Part shown: positions 51,019 through 60,200 of the stretch, piece by piece
How positions within the stretch are numbered: the first letter of the stretch is position 1
How the letters are laid out: each line of letters starts with the position of its first letter
From: Patescibacteria group bacterium
GTDB lineage: Bacteria; Patescibacteriota; Microgenomatia; Levybacterales; UBA12049
NCBI GenBank assembly: GCA_026004395.1
Contig: BPJB01000001.1
Coordinates: 15,543-79,542, forward strand
Length of the DNA stretch: 64,000 bases
Direction of reading: 5' to 3'
The notes under the pieces: generated by a model
The model's database searches: none
What the model was told of the DNA's origin: nothing
Seen by the model: only the letters and a program-made list of their open reading frames with translations
Program-made: the position numbers and the translations under genes

Positions 51019-51735
51019 TTAAAGATATTTGGGGTTTATCTGAACGGTTGATTTGGTATAAATCAAAAGGTCGTTAACGCCAGTTTTCTGGGCTATAAAT
51101 TTGGATAATCCGTCGCAAGCAGGATAAAATTTCTTTTGGTTTTCTTTTAATAAATCTAGGTCGGTAATGCCTTCAATCGTTTCTATAACCTCGTCCCAAG
51201 ACCACTCTTTTTTACGGCTTTTATCATCTTTTAGTAGTAATTCAAGGAGTTTAGCCCTAAAACTTTCTTTCTTGAATTTAACTTTTTTGCCTTCAATATC
51301 CAGCTCGCCTTTTTGGGCGCTATAGGTTACTTTAGGTTTTACTTTCGTTGAGTCTGGCGTAAGCGTCGCCTTTGGTTTTTCAGGCTCTTTATTAGATTTG
51401 TCTCTTCGTTCTAATTCGCTTCTAACTTTTTCCATAAAATCATAGAAGGGTTTTATATTAACAACAACTTTGATGCTGTCATCCCATCTGTGCATCATTG
51501 AGTCAATGTGCTTAAATTCTGAAAGAACACCCTCTTTATGAAGATACTTTACTGCTTCCCATCTACCCTCAATATACTCATCCCTAACGCCTGGTGTGTC
51601 ATAAGGAAAAAGTTCTTGGAAGTAAATTCTTGGCGGCAGAAGTGGGATAATCACGGTATTCTCTCTGTTCAATTGGACTTTCTCTTTTATTGCCAACATC
51701 GTATCAAATAATCTTAAGAGATTAAGATAGGTCAT
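51019..51735 (-). CDS. hypothetical protein; the reading frame continues upstream to an ATG at 52085 through one in-frame TAA (52033-52035)
   Basis: About 110 stop-free codons lie upstream of the annotated Met with no alternative start. Possible pseudogene. Confidence 0.4.
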   Translation of the reverse strand: MTYLNLLRLFDTMLAIKEKVQLNRENTVIIPLLPPRIYFQELFPYDTPGVRDEYIEGRWEAVKYLHKEGVLSEFKHIDSMMHRWDDSIKVVVNIKPFYDFMEKVRSELERRDKSNKEPEKPKATLTPDSTKVKPKVTYSAQKGELDIEGKKVKFKKESFRAKLLELLLKDDKSRKKEWSWDEVIETIEGITDLDLLKENQKKFYPACDGLSKFIAQKTGVNDLLIYTKSTVQINPKYL

Positions 51736-52124
51736 CTCACTGATGCCACTTTTCTGTTTGAGTAAGTAATTTTCATACCAGTCATCAAATCCTTCTGAGA
51801 CAGTAAGGAGAAAATAATCTATTGATGTGATTTCTAAATGTTGAAGCGGTTTTAATTCAGAAGGTATATCCTGTATTTGAATAATTTTTTCGTCATCTTG
51901 GAGTTTTAATAAGAAGTCGTGTATTTCCTGAAGTATTATTTGTTTAAGTTTATTGTCGGTTTTTGCATAAAGTTTAATGGGATGTCTTTTACGAGCAATT
52001 TTGCGGGCTTCATTTATTGTTTCAGGATTATATTAAGTTTTTCTTCGTATGTCATAGGTCATTACTTTTTCAATCTTATTTATCATATTTTATCAATTTT
52101 TGGTAAAATAGTCTTGATATAACT

Positions 52125-52862
52125 ATGTTTCAAAAATTAAAATCTTCAACATTACTTTCAAAAATAAATGTTATTAGCTCTTACTTTTGGTTTATAAGCA
52201 CGGTCTTTTTTATTACGATTATTTTCCTGTCTACAAAGGGCTTTACTATTGACCCCTGTTATGGTAAGGGTTGCTCCGAACACCATTATTTGTTACCTAT
52301 GCTTTCTTCATTTTTTGCGGGGTTGTTCTTCTTTGGGTTAACTGTATTTATGGGATTTTTGAGAGTTTTATTAAAAGCTGAAAAATGGAAACCCCCTATA
52401 AATCTTGGTTCTTGGAAGATTGGATTTGCAACATTTTTAGTGGTGTTTATTTCTAGTGTTTATGTCGTCGCTTTATTTAGAGGGAGTGCTGTTAGATGGG
52501 GTGGAAGTTATACAGGACAAGATTTATTTAATGCCGTCAATCAACATAGAAAATCACTAGGCTTAAAGGAAGTAAAGTTAAGTGAGGGTTTATGTGATAA
52601 TCTTGTGTCTCGTTGGCAAGCGGTAAAAGAAGGTCGACAACACGAAGGTTTTGATGATTGGATAAAACAAGAGGGTATTCAAACAAATTATGGTTATAAA
52701 GAACTTGTAGAGTTGTACATACAAGCTTTAACGCCCGCAGAAGCAATAACTTTTTGGTCTGGTAGTCCAGGTCACAGAATACAATTAGAAAACCCAAAGT
52801 GGATTGATGGTTGTGCTTATGCTAATGAGGGCTATGGTGTAGTGGTAATGGGCATAAAATAA
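52125..52862 (+). CDS. membrane protein with a C-terminal CAP/SCP (YkwD-like) domain
   Basis: Four TM helices, then a CAP-like C-terminus (SPGHRIQL…DGCAY). Confidence 0.55.
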   Translation: MFQKLKSSTLLSKINVISSYFWFISTVFFITIIFLSTKGFTIDPCYGKGCSEHHYLLPMLSSFFAGLFFFGLTVFMGFLRVLLKAEKWKPPINLGSWKIGFATFLVVFISSVYVVALFRGSAVRWGGSYTGQDLFNAVNQHRKSLGLKEVKLSEGLCDNLVSRWQAVKEGRQHEGFDDWIKQEGIQTNYGYKELVELYIQALTPAEAITFWSGSPGHRIQLENPKWIDGCAYANEGYGVVVMGIK

Positions 52863-52864
52863 TC

Positions 52865-53092
52865 TTACAATACAGCAAAGGCAGGCTTGGGTTGGCTAAT
52901 TCCTAAGTTTTCAAACGCAATTTTAAGGTCGTTTAGGCTTATATTAAACTCTAATCTATCGTTGCAGAATAAGTCTTTTAGGGGGAGCCAGAGTTGACGA
53001 GAGGCTAAATTGAATATATTGTCAAAGGGATTTATCCAGTTAAATCGGACTTTTTTACCTTTTAGTTCCAAGTTCTGAAGTGTTAAATTCAA
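52865..53092 (-). pseudogene. serine-recombinase C-terminal-tail-like remnant (repeat copy 2)
   Basis: MNLTLQNLELKGKKVRFNWINPFDNIFNLASRQLW… DNA repeat spans 52986..53108. Confidence 0.45.
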
Positions 53093-53128
53093 AAGTAGCC
53101 GTTTTTCATACTTGTTCTTAGTAATCCT

Positions 53129-53596
53129 TCAATTTATTAATTTACCTAGAGTTTTTAGCACTTTTGTTTCTCTATTTTCTTCCTTTGGCAAGTAACCAAT
53201 TAAACCGCTTTCTATGGCTTGATTACAAGCTATTGGAGCTTTTCTGCTTATTTTTAGAATTTCCGAACCAGGATTTCCTTGGAGGATTCTCATTTGATCA
53301 TGCTCGCTCATTCTTTTTGAGGAAGGAAGTATATTTTGGTATGATTTACAAAACAAATAGCAGTAAAGCCAATTTCTCTCCAGATTGCTTCTAATTCGTC
53401 TACCCTCAAAATACTTGGTAAGCATACTTGGTAAGCACAAACCTTTTTTTATGTCTTTCAAGAGAGATTTTTCATTCTCATCCATTGGTTCTCTTTCTAG
53501 GAACATGTCGTTTAGTACCACTCTTCCTGATGATTTAAGAACCCGATAAATTTCTTCCATAACTGAGTTTGTCATAAGAGTGAACATAACTCTCAC
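53129..53596 (-). pseudogene. class I SAM-dependent methyltransferase, C-terminal fragment
   Basis: Begins …MEEIYRVLKSSGRVVLNDMF, resembling methyltransferase motif III/post-II. No SAM-binding GxGxG N-terminus. Confidence 0.4.
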
Positions 53597-53854
53597 AAAA
53601 AATAACTAATCAAAAATTCCAGGAGGAAAAGCAGAATTATGATAATTGTTCAGTTACACCATATTATGGTGTAACTGAACATCTAACATTTTACGATCTA
53701 ACCTTACGGTGCCACTTCTTGCCACTTCGCAATTCTACTCTTTGATAGTTTTTTAGGGGAAATTAACTAAAAAGTCTGGGCGAAACTCAAAATATTCAGC
53801 AGGATAGATAGCATTGTTTTCTTAAGATTATCAAAGAGACCATTAAACCAAGAT

Positions 53855-55678
53855 TTATATAATCTCTATCATAAAATCTTTTGCCTCGGGAAAGGGAGCA
53901 TATCGTGGTGACTGCAATGAGGACATTAACTCAATTGTTGGCAATAATGGGAATTTGTTTCTAATTCTTCGTCCTCTGCTTTCTTGTTGTCTACGTTTTG
54001 TTACATGTTCCCATGTGTTTCTTCCATCAATCATTCTTTCTTCAAATACATGCACCAATGGTTTAATAAGAACAGGATTATCAAAACCACCAGAAATCAT
54101 TGATATACCCGTAGCATAACTTGGCATAAAGGCAGAAACTACTGCCTGTATTTCTGGATAATTGTTTTTTATGTGATTGAATGTAAGTGAAAACATGCTA
54201 CTACTTGTATTTCCAGGAGCGCCAGGGCGACTATAAAGTCTAGTTAGGTCATAGCAATAACAAGGGTTATAGCCTTGTATCAATAAAACATTTTGTTTGT
54301 ACGGACGATCAATCTTCTCCAATGCAAGAACTGAAAATGGTAAATCCTCCCCTACTATGTACAATCCGAAAGCAATATCAGCTCGGGGAGTATGAATATA
54401 ATGTAAATCTTGATGGAATTGCTTTGCAAATTCTGGATTAATTTCTCGGAATGCAAGTGGCACTAGTCCGGCTGTCGCTGTTACACCTTCTTCCTGTACT
54501 GCAAAGATTGCGTTTCCTCTTTTTTGTATCACCCATCCAGGTTCAGCAAACATTCCTGTACGGGTCAATATTCTTTCAACTGGAAGTGAGCTATTTTGCA
54601 ATCTTTGTTTGATGATTAGGTATTGTTCTTCAATCGTTGCAGCAAGTATCTTAGGATTTATCCTGAACTGTTGGATAAATTGTGCATCAAGATTCAAGAT
54701 ATTTCGCCAGTCAACATAAGCGCTATGATCCCGTAAGTAATTATTAAGTTGTGAGCCGTTAACAAAAACATCGGAAACTTCATAGGTTGTAAGGCGGAAA
54801 AGCGTTTGATATTTTAAATCTTGTGGATCACATAAAATATTATTTTTTTGGATATATTCGTCTACTGCAGCTGCAACCTGTTCTCGGGCATGTGACATTA
54901 GTGCATCTTTTGGCCAATTTACTAATCGGAACTTTGGAACCATAATGATTTCTCCCTTTGCTAAGGCGGTAGCTAATTCTCTACGCCTTCTTTCAATCTG
55001 TCCTTGTCTTACTACCTCTCTCAACACTCCAAAACGTATAGCTCCATGTTTCATTGTGGTAATTGCATGATCTGCCTTTTTCTTCATATTTACATTGTTA
55101 ACAACGTTAATTCCTTGAAATAGTATTCTTGGCCCGTTAACAGGGATTTGAGTGGGATTGTTTTCTTCTATAGCCAATTGAGTTTCTTGCTTAGCAAAGT
55201 CTTTTATCCACTGAAGCACTTTTCCTAATACCATAGAATCTCCTTCTAATTGTTGAATATCAGTGGTGAGTTGATCCTCGTATCTAACAGAATCAGCAAT
55301 AATATCTTGGTCAGTGCCATCTTGTAATCTTACATGTATTCGTAGTTCATTACCGTCACCTTTCTTAAATCTCATTCGTCCAAGTATTTCTTCTACCGTT
55401 TTCCCTCTTGCCTGTTTATTTTTTCTTCCAGCAGGCATTGGGATATGTTCTCTGCGCATAAGCCATGCCACCGCCCGAAGCACTTCATAAAATCGTACTG
55501 GAGTAAAACCTAAATCTCGGATCTGCTCAAATACATCTCGTAATTCTGGTTCTGTTAATCCATATGTGGTGAGTGATATATTAAATCTTCTCAATTGATC
55601 GAGCTTGGCTGATTTATCAAGTCTTCCAAAACTTTCACGAATTGGTTGATGAATAATTGGTGCTTCTTGTTTGCTCAT
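53855..55678 (-). CDS. large hypothetical protein (607 aa), no confidently recognisable domain
   Basis: ORF track; divergent from the adk/Ham1 pair. The C-terminal half has a Cys-containing segment (GYNPCYCYDLTRLYSRPGAPGNTSS). Confidence 0.5.
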   Translation of the reverse strand: MSKQEAPIIHQPIRESFGRLDKSAKLDQLRRFNISLTTYGLTEPELRDVFEQIRDLGFTPVRFYEVLRAVAWLMRREHIPMPAGRKNKQARGKTVEEILGRMRFKKGDGNELRIHVRLQDGTDQDIIADSVRYEDQLTTDIQQLEGDSMVLGKVLQWIKDFAKQETQLAIEENNPTQIPVNGPRILFQGINVVNNVNMKKKADHAITTMKHGAIRFGVLREVVRQGQIERRRRELATALAKGEIIMVPKFRLVNWPKDALMSHAREQVAAAVDEYIQKNNILCDPQDLKYQTLFRLTTYEVSDVFVNGSQLNNYLRDHSAYVDWRNILNLDAQFIQQFRINPKILAATIEEQYLIIKQRLQNSSLPVERILTRTGMFAEPGWVIQKRGNAIFAVQEEGVTATAGLVPLAFREINPEFAKQFHQDLHYIHTPRADIAFGLYIVGEDLPFSVLALEKIDRPYKQNVLLIQGYNPCYCYDLTRLYSRPGAPGNTSSSMFSLTFNHIKNNYPEIQAVVSAFMPSYATGISMISGGFDNPVLIKPLVHVFEERMIDGRNTWEHVTKRRQQESRGRRIRNKFPLLPTIELMSSLQSPRYAPFPEAKDFMIEII

Positions 55679-55770
55679 AAAAACACTTCAAACCTAAGCT
55701 GAAGTGTGGTATAATTATAGGATAACAAGGTGTAAAAATCAATTTTAACTAGACTCATGTTTCGTAAACT

Positions 55771-56388
55771 ATGAGGTATATAGAAAGATATAGACCAAAA
55801 GAAGGAGAAGGACATAATAAGATACTTGTTATAACTGGCGTTCCCGGATCAGGAAAAGATTTTCTTTTGTCGGAAGCAGTAAAACAAGGTATAATCCCTT
55901 CTTCAGTTAGGATGTTCAGCTTCGGAGAAGAATTATTTGCTTATTTAAAAACAATCCATCCACAGATACAGATAAGAGACGACGTTCGAACATTATTAAC
56001 TCAAGATGATGTTTGGCAAGGGGTAATTGGAGTAATAGACAAATTAATACAAGCACAACCAGCAATACTTAATACCCATGTTGTTTATCGGCAAAGAGAA
56101 AGCCTTATTACAAATCCCAATGTTGATAAGAGAATGCACCCCGCAGGTTATTTATTCGTATGGAGTGAACCTAATCAAATAGCAGAATGGCGAGCACGCG
56201 ACATATCGAGGGGGAGACCGCCTGAATCAATAGATGACATCGCATTGCATCAAGATATTGCATTGGAAGTTGTATCTGTGGTGGCAAGACATACAGGTGC
56301 ATGTCTCAAAACTGTTTGGAATCGAACTGATAATGTTGCAGATAATTTAGCTCTAATACAGGAACGAGCAAGAGAACTCACCCCTTAA
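55771..56388 (+). CDS. archaeal-type adenylate kinase (AdkA-like P-loop nucleotide kinase)
   Basis: ILVITGVPGSGKDF P-loop. Alignable along its length to archaeal AdkA (…FSFGEELF…, …NTH…, …IALHQD…). Confidence 0.65.
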   Translation: MRYIERYRPKEGEGHNKILVITGVPGSGKDFLLSEAVKQGIIPSSVRMFSFGEELFAYLKTIHPQIQIRDDVRTLLTQDDVWQGVIGVIDKLIQAQPAILNTHVVYRQRESLITNPNVDKRMHPAGYLFVWSEPNQIAEWRARDISRGRPPESIDDIALHQDIALEVVSVVARHTGACLKTVWNRTDNVADNLALIQERARELTP

Positions 56389-56418
56389 TTTCCCACCATT
56401 TTTCAGTATAATATTACA

Positions 56419-56976
56419 ATGAAGAAAATTTATTTTGTTACTACAAATCAGTATAAGTTCGAAAAATTCACTCAAGCGATTAGCATTCCAGGTATTGAAA
56501 TTGAACAATTATCAGAAGAAACACCGGAAATACAAGCACCTAATAACCGTCAAATTGCAGAATTCTCGGCCTGGTTTACTGCTCAGAAAATTAATCTTCC
56601 TGTTATAACAGAAGATGTTGGCTTGTACATACAAACTTTAAGAGGTTTCCCCGGTCCATACCTTAATCAGATTGAAAAATGGATAGAGACAGATGGTTTC
56701 TTGCAGCTTCTACTTAACAAAAAAGATCGATCAGCATATTGGGAATACGCAATTTCCTACTGTGAACCTAGACAAACTCCTAAAACATTTTATACACATC
56801 AAAAGGGAAGCATAGCAAAAGAGGCAAAAGGAAACAGCGGTTGGTATATGGATAAAATTTTTATTCCAGAAGGACAAGTAAAAACTATTTCAGAATTATT
56901 AGATAACAGAGAGTATGTTAGAAATGATGACCATTATCTGCAATTAAAAGAATATTTATTAAAACTGGGAAAATAA
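56419..56976 (+). CDS. Ham1/ITPA-family non-canonical purine NTP pyrophosphatase (eukaryote/archaea-like)
   Basis: YFVTTNQYKFEKF, ITEDVGLYIQTLRGFPGPY, DKSAYW, GWYMDKIFIPEGQVKTISEL. These track human ITPA/Ham1 more closely than bacterial RdgB. Confidence 0.78.
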   Translation: MKKIYFVTTNQYKFEKFTQAISIPGIEIEQLSEETPEIQAPNNRQIAEFSAWFTAQKINLPVITEDVGLYIQTLRGFPGPYLNQIEKWIETDGFLQLLLNKKDRSAYWEYAISYCEPRQTPKTFYTHQKGSIAKEAKGNSGWYMDKIFIPEGQVKTISELLDNREYVRNDDHYLQLKEYLLKLGK

Positions 56977-57113
56977 TCTTTCCTACTTCCCTACGTGTCA
57001 TATTACGATACATTGTATAGAGAGGTTATGTTTTTGTTTTAGATATTCGGCTGGTGTCTGATAACCCGACTGTCTTAATCTTACCTTGAGGTTATAGTTT
57101 ATCAATTAATCAG

Positions 57114-57272
57114 TTAGTTTCTCTTTAAGGTTCTTGACATCACCAAAGAGGTAGCATCTCTGAAGACCTTGGCTTTTATCTTACCGTTGAATCTCTCAAC
57201 CATACCATTTGTCCCCGCCTGCGTCCTTCCGAATCGGAGGACTTCGAGGTGGGCAGGCAGGGGTGTCTGAAT
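57114..57272 (-). pseudogene. DDE (rve) transposase C-terminal remnant
   Basis: Minus-strand translation …LRFGRTQAGTNGMVERFNGKIKAKVFRDATSLVMSRTLKRN*. No upstream body. Confidence 0.5.
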
Positions 57273-57681
57273 TTAATAGTTTCGTGTTTTATCTTTTCTT
57301 TCTGGCAGAGTTTATCAAAGGGATGAGTCTTCTTTGTTTTTTATTCTTGGGTAAGAAATTGTGTCAACCAAGAAACTCCAAACTTACGAGCTAAAACACT
57401 TATGGGTAGCAAGCCTTGACTGAATCTCCTTCCTTATGAGATAGTTAGCTCTGGCATTCTGGTGTAATCTCTGCAACATAGTTGTTAAGACATTATATCC
57501 TTAACAACGTATCGTAATCATACAGTTATTTATATTTTAAAATAATTTTTTATACAGTATCTTAATAAATAAAATATAGTGGAATCAGAGGTGGGATAAT
57601 TTATGCGGTAGCATACATTCTCAAATCAGGGAGATGTAAATATGCTCATTTTGCTGTTGTATAATAGTTCTAACGCTGTTT

Positions 57682-57812
57682 ACGATGTGGAGCCAGGCTT
57701 AACAAGAGGCTAAATTGGCTATCTTGTCAAAAGGATTTATCCAGTCATATCGGGCTATTTTGCCCTTTATCTATAAGTTCTGAAGTGTCATCTTCAAAAG
57801 TAGCCGTTTTTC
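57682..57812. repeat. ~135-bp repeat family, copy 3 (no associated ORF)
   Basis: gccaggcttaacaagaggctaaattggctatcttgtcaaaagg…aagttctgaagtgtcatcttcaaaagtagccgtttttcgtgg. Confidence 0.75.
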
Positions 57813-58030
57813 GTGGACTTTAAGAAATCTCCAAGAGTTTCACTGTGTTTAAAATCAGGTTTTCAGTTATTTTTTTTAGTTTGAGAGTACTTTGGATAAA
57901 TTTAATTAATTTTCAATTCAATATTCTCTTTCTAAAATCAGACAAAAGTTTTTAAGATTGAATGATGAGATCTAGGTAAAGTAATAGCGCTATAATAACT
58001 ACCTTTTGTTATATAATATTATTTAATAGT

Positions 58031-58726
58031 ATGTATGAAAGAAAAAGGATGGATAATAAATTATTTTCATCCCCTTTTGCAAATAAAGAAGACTTATGGA
58101 AAGAAGGATTAGATAATGTTCTTAAGAGATATTTATCTTTTCCTGAGAATAAGATAATAGAGACGGATTTTGCTTATAATGTAGTTTTTAATAATCCCCG
58201 AGCTCTGGATATTGTAAATGTAGAGAATGATGAGAGATATTTAATCTACCTATCAACAGAGTCAGATAAAACTTCATATGACATGCTTAGAACATCCAAG
58301 ATACCTCTTTTAGGAGATAGACAAGAGACATATGGATTAACTGTTATCCGTATTCCTCTGCATACAAAAGGGCTTGGAAGTATAGTTTATCCTGAACAAT
58401 ATTTTACAGGGCAAAGATATTTAGGAGCTTTAGAAATTATGCGTGAATTAGGAAAATATATAGGTCAGATATATAACAGAACAAAACATGTCCCTAAAAC
58501 TCTTGACTTAAAAAAATTTGCGATTGTAGGTGGTGAGACAGGATTAATTCGTATGGTTCCCCCATATGAATTATCAAGTGATTTTAATGAATTAAATTTT
58601 GTTAGTAGTCTTGCTCAAAGTTTAAAAGAATGCGATCCAGTAAATAGCGATAAGCACGATATTCATGTTCAGGTTTTTTACAGGAGTTTGAAAGATGTTA
58701 TAAACAAAGATGTAAAATCTGAATAG
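58031..58726 (+). CDS. hypothetical protein (first gene of a two-gene operon)
   Basis: ORF track; 10-nt gap to the next ORF. Confidence 0.4.
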   Translation: MYERKRMDNKLFSSPFANKEDLWKEGLDNVLKRYLSFPENKIIETDFAYNVVFNNPRALDIVNVENDERYLIYLSTESDKTSYDMLRTSKIPLLGDRQETYGLTVIRIPLHTKGLGSIVYPEQYFTGQRYLGALEIMRELGKYIGQIYNRTKHVPKTLDLKKFAIVGGETGLIRMVPPYELSSDFNELNFVSSLAQSLKECDPVNSDKHDIHVQVFYRSLKDVINKDVKSE

Positions 58727-58735
58727 AATATTTAT

Positions 58736-59866
58736 TTGCATTACTGTTATATGTTAGAACTTTCGCGAAGTATTAATAATGAAAAAATTAAAACATATTA
58801 TGACAATGAGAGCAATCAGCATCCGGTCAATACACTTAATCATTGGATTAAAGCTTTTAACAATTCTAGAAGGTCTGCGGTAAGTGTTGATGCATTAAGC
58901 TTCAGTAATAATTACGATCCTAATCACGCAATTGAAGAATTTTATTATCATCTGAGCAGCAGGCAAGGATTAGAGCTAATTATACCCCGATATCCAAATA
59001 GAAGAGAATTATTAAGTTTTTCTATGCTTGATGATTCTGATTTGTTAATAAGAGGCGGAAGTGCTCATGGCGTATTCTTTGTACAGGGCAATACTCAGGA
59101 GGTTAGAAGTGGCAAAATAAAGAAGTCTAAAATTGATTTAGCAGTTAAGCAATTTTCTGATCCTCAGAAGGCAATGCGTGAGTTTCTAATTACTTTAGTG
59201 GTTAGACAGCGCATGATAGATTTTGTGAAATACCTAAAGAATTATGGAGAAGTATCAATCAATGGTTGTCTTTTTACACCTATACAACCAATAGCTCTTT
59301 TTGTTGATAAAAAACAGGGATATCTCTTGACGCGAGCAAACAGAATGATTACATCCTTAGACCAAGAGCCATGGTCGCAATATTGGTCAGCAACAGATGA
59401 AGATAAAAAGCGAATACAGAATAGATTTGCTAAAATTTCTATGCTCCTTGCCAATTTACATAGTAATGGTATTTTTCATGGAGATGCACAGATTAAAAAT
59501 TTTGTAGTTTCACCGCATGGATTTGTAGGAGCTATTGACTGGGAAGCTGCTTATTTGGCACCTGTGGATTTTGTGGAGATTCCTTCAGATATATTAATAG
59601 GGAAGGCAACATCAGACCTACAAATATTTTATAAATCTATTTCCGAAGATGATAAAAATTTGTCAAGATTAGAGTTAATAACGGGTAGTCAAGAACAAAA
59701 GTGGGAGTTGTTTAGTAATCTAGTTATCGATCCATACATGACTCAATGGCTGGAAATCAGTGAAAAACACAACTCTCATGGCAGCAAGAGTGAAGCGTTA
59801 TTTAATTGGGAGAATTTTTATGAACAACTACAAAAAGAACTCAAGCGATATATTACAGCTAAGTAA
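58736..59866 (+). CDS. protein-kinase-like fold protein (Kdo/WaaP/APH-like)
   Basis: G-rich loop IRGGSAHGVFFV, Lys in DLAVKQF, catalytic-loop-like LHSNGIFHGDAQIKNFVV, and AIDWE. Confidence 0.5.
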   Translation: MHYCYMLELSRSINNEKIKTYYDNESNQHPVNTLNHWIKAFNNSRRSAVSVDALSFSNNYDPNHAIEEFYYHLSSRQGLELIIPRYPNRRELLSFSMLDDSDLLIRGGSAHGVFFVQGNTQEVRSGKIKKSKIDLAVKQFSDPQKAMREFLITLVVRQRMIDFVKYLKNYGEVSINGCLFTPIQPIALFVDKKQGYLLTRANRMITSLDQEPWSQYWSATDEDKKRIQNRFAKISMLLANLHSNGIFHGDAQIKNFVVSPHGFVGAIDWEAAYLAPVDFVEIPSDILIGKATSDLQIFYKSISEDDKNLSRLELITGSQEQKWELFSNLVIDPYMTQWLEISEKHNSHGSKSEALFNWENFYEQLQKELKRYITAK

Positions 59867-59930
59867 TCACCAAATAGGTTTAGTAATTTTAACAGGATTT
59901 ATTAGAAATCACATCGAATTTTTGTCTTTT

Positions 59931-59973
59931 AGCTTCAAATTCAGAAGTGAGTTTTCAAAAAGAGTTGTTTTTC
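59931..59973. repeat. degenerate 4th copy of the recombinase-tail repeat
   Basis: cttcaaattcagaagtgagttttcaaaaagagttgtttttc; minus-strand translation …TLFENSLLNLKLKDKN…. Confidence 0.5.
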
Positions 59974-60200
59974 TTAGATTGTAGTGTAATTGATTATACG
60001 ATAAACATCTCACTCTTTATTTGGGTGTTATAAAGTTAAATCAATATACTACTATACAATGAAGATTTTGCATTCTGAATCAATGAGATATATATTTAGA
60101 AAAAGGTAGCATTAGGACGAATTTCAATTTAAAACATATATTAGCATCTAAAATCCCTCTCACTAAGAGGGATTTTAGATAGTTAATTAGTAGACAACGT

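Noticed and set aside
51919-52122. Track ORF 51919..52122(+) (67 aa)
   Set aside because: It lies antisense to the coding-like upstream extension of the 51019 gene and has very low-complexity hydrophobic content. Probably spurious.
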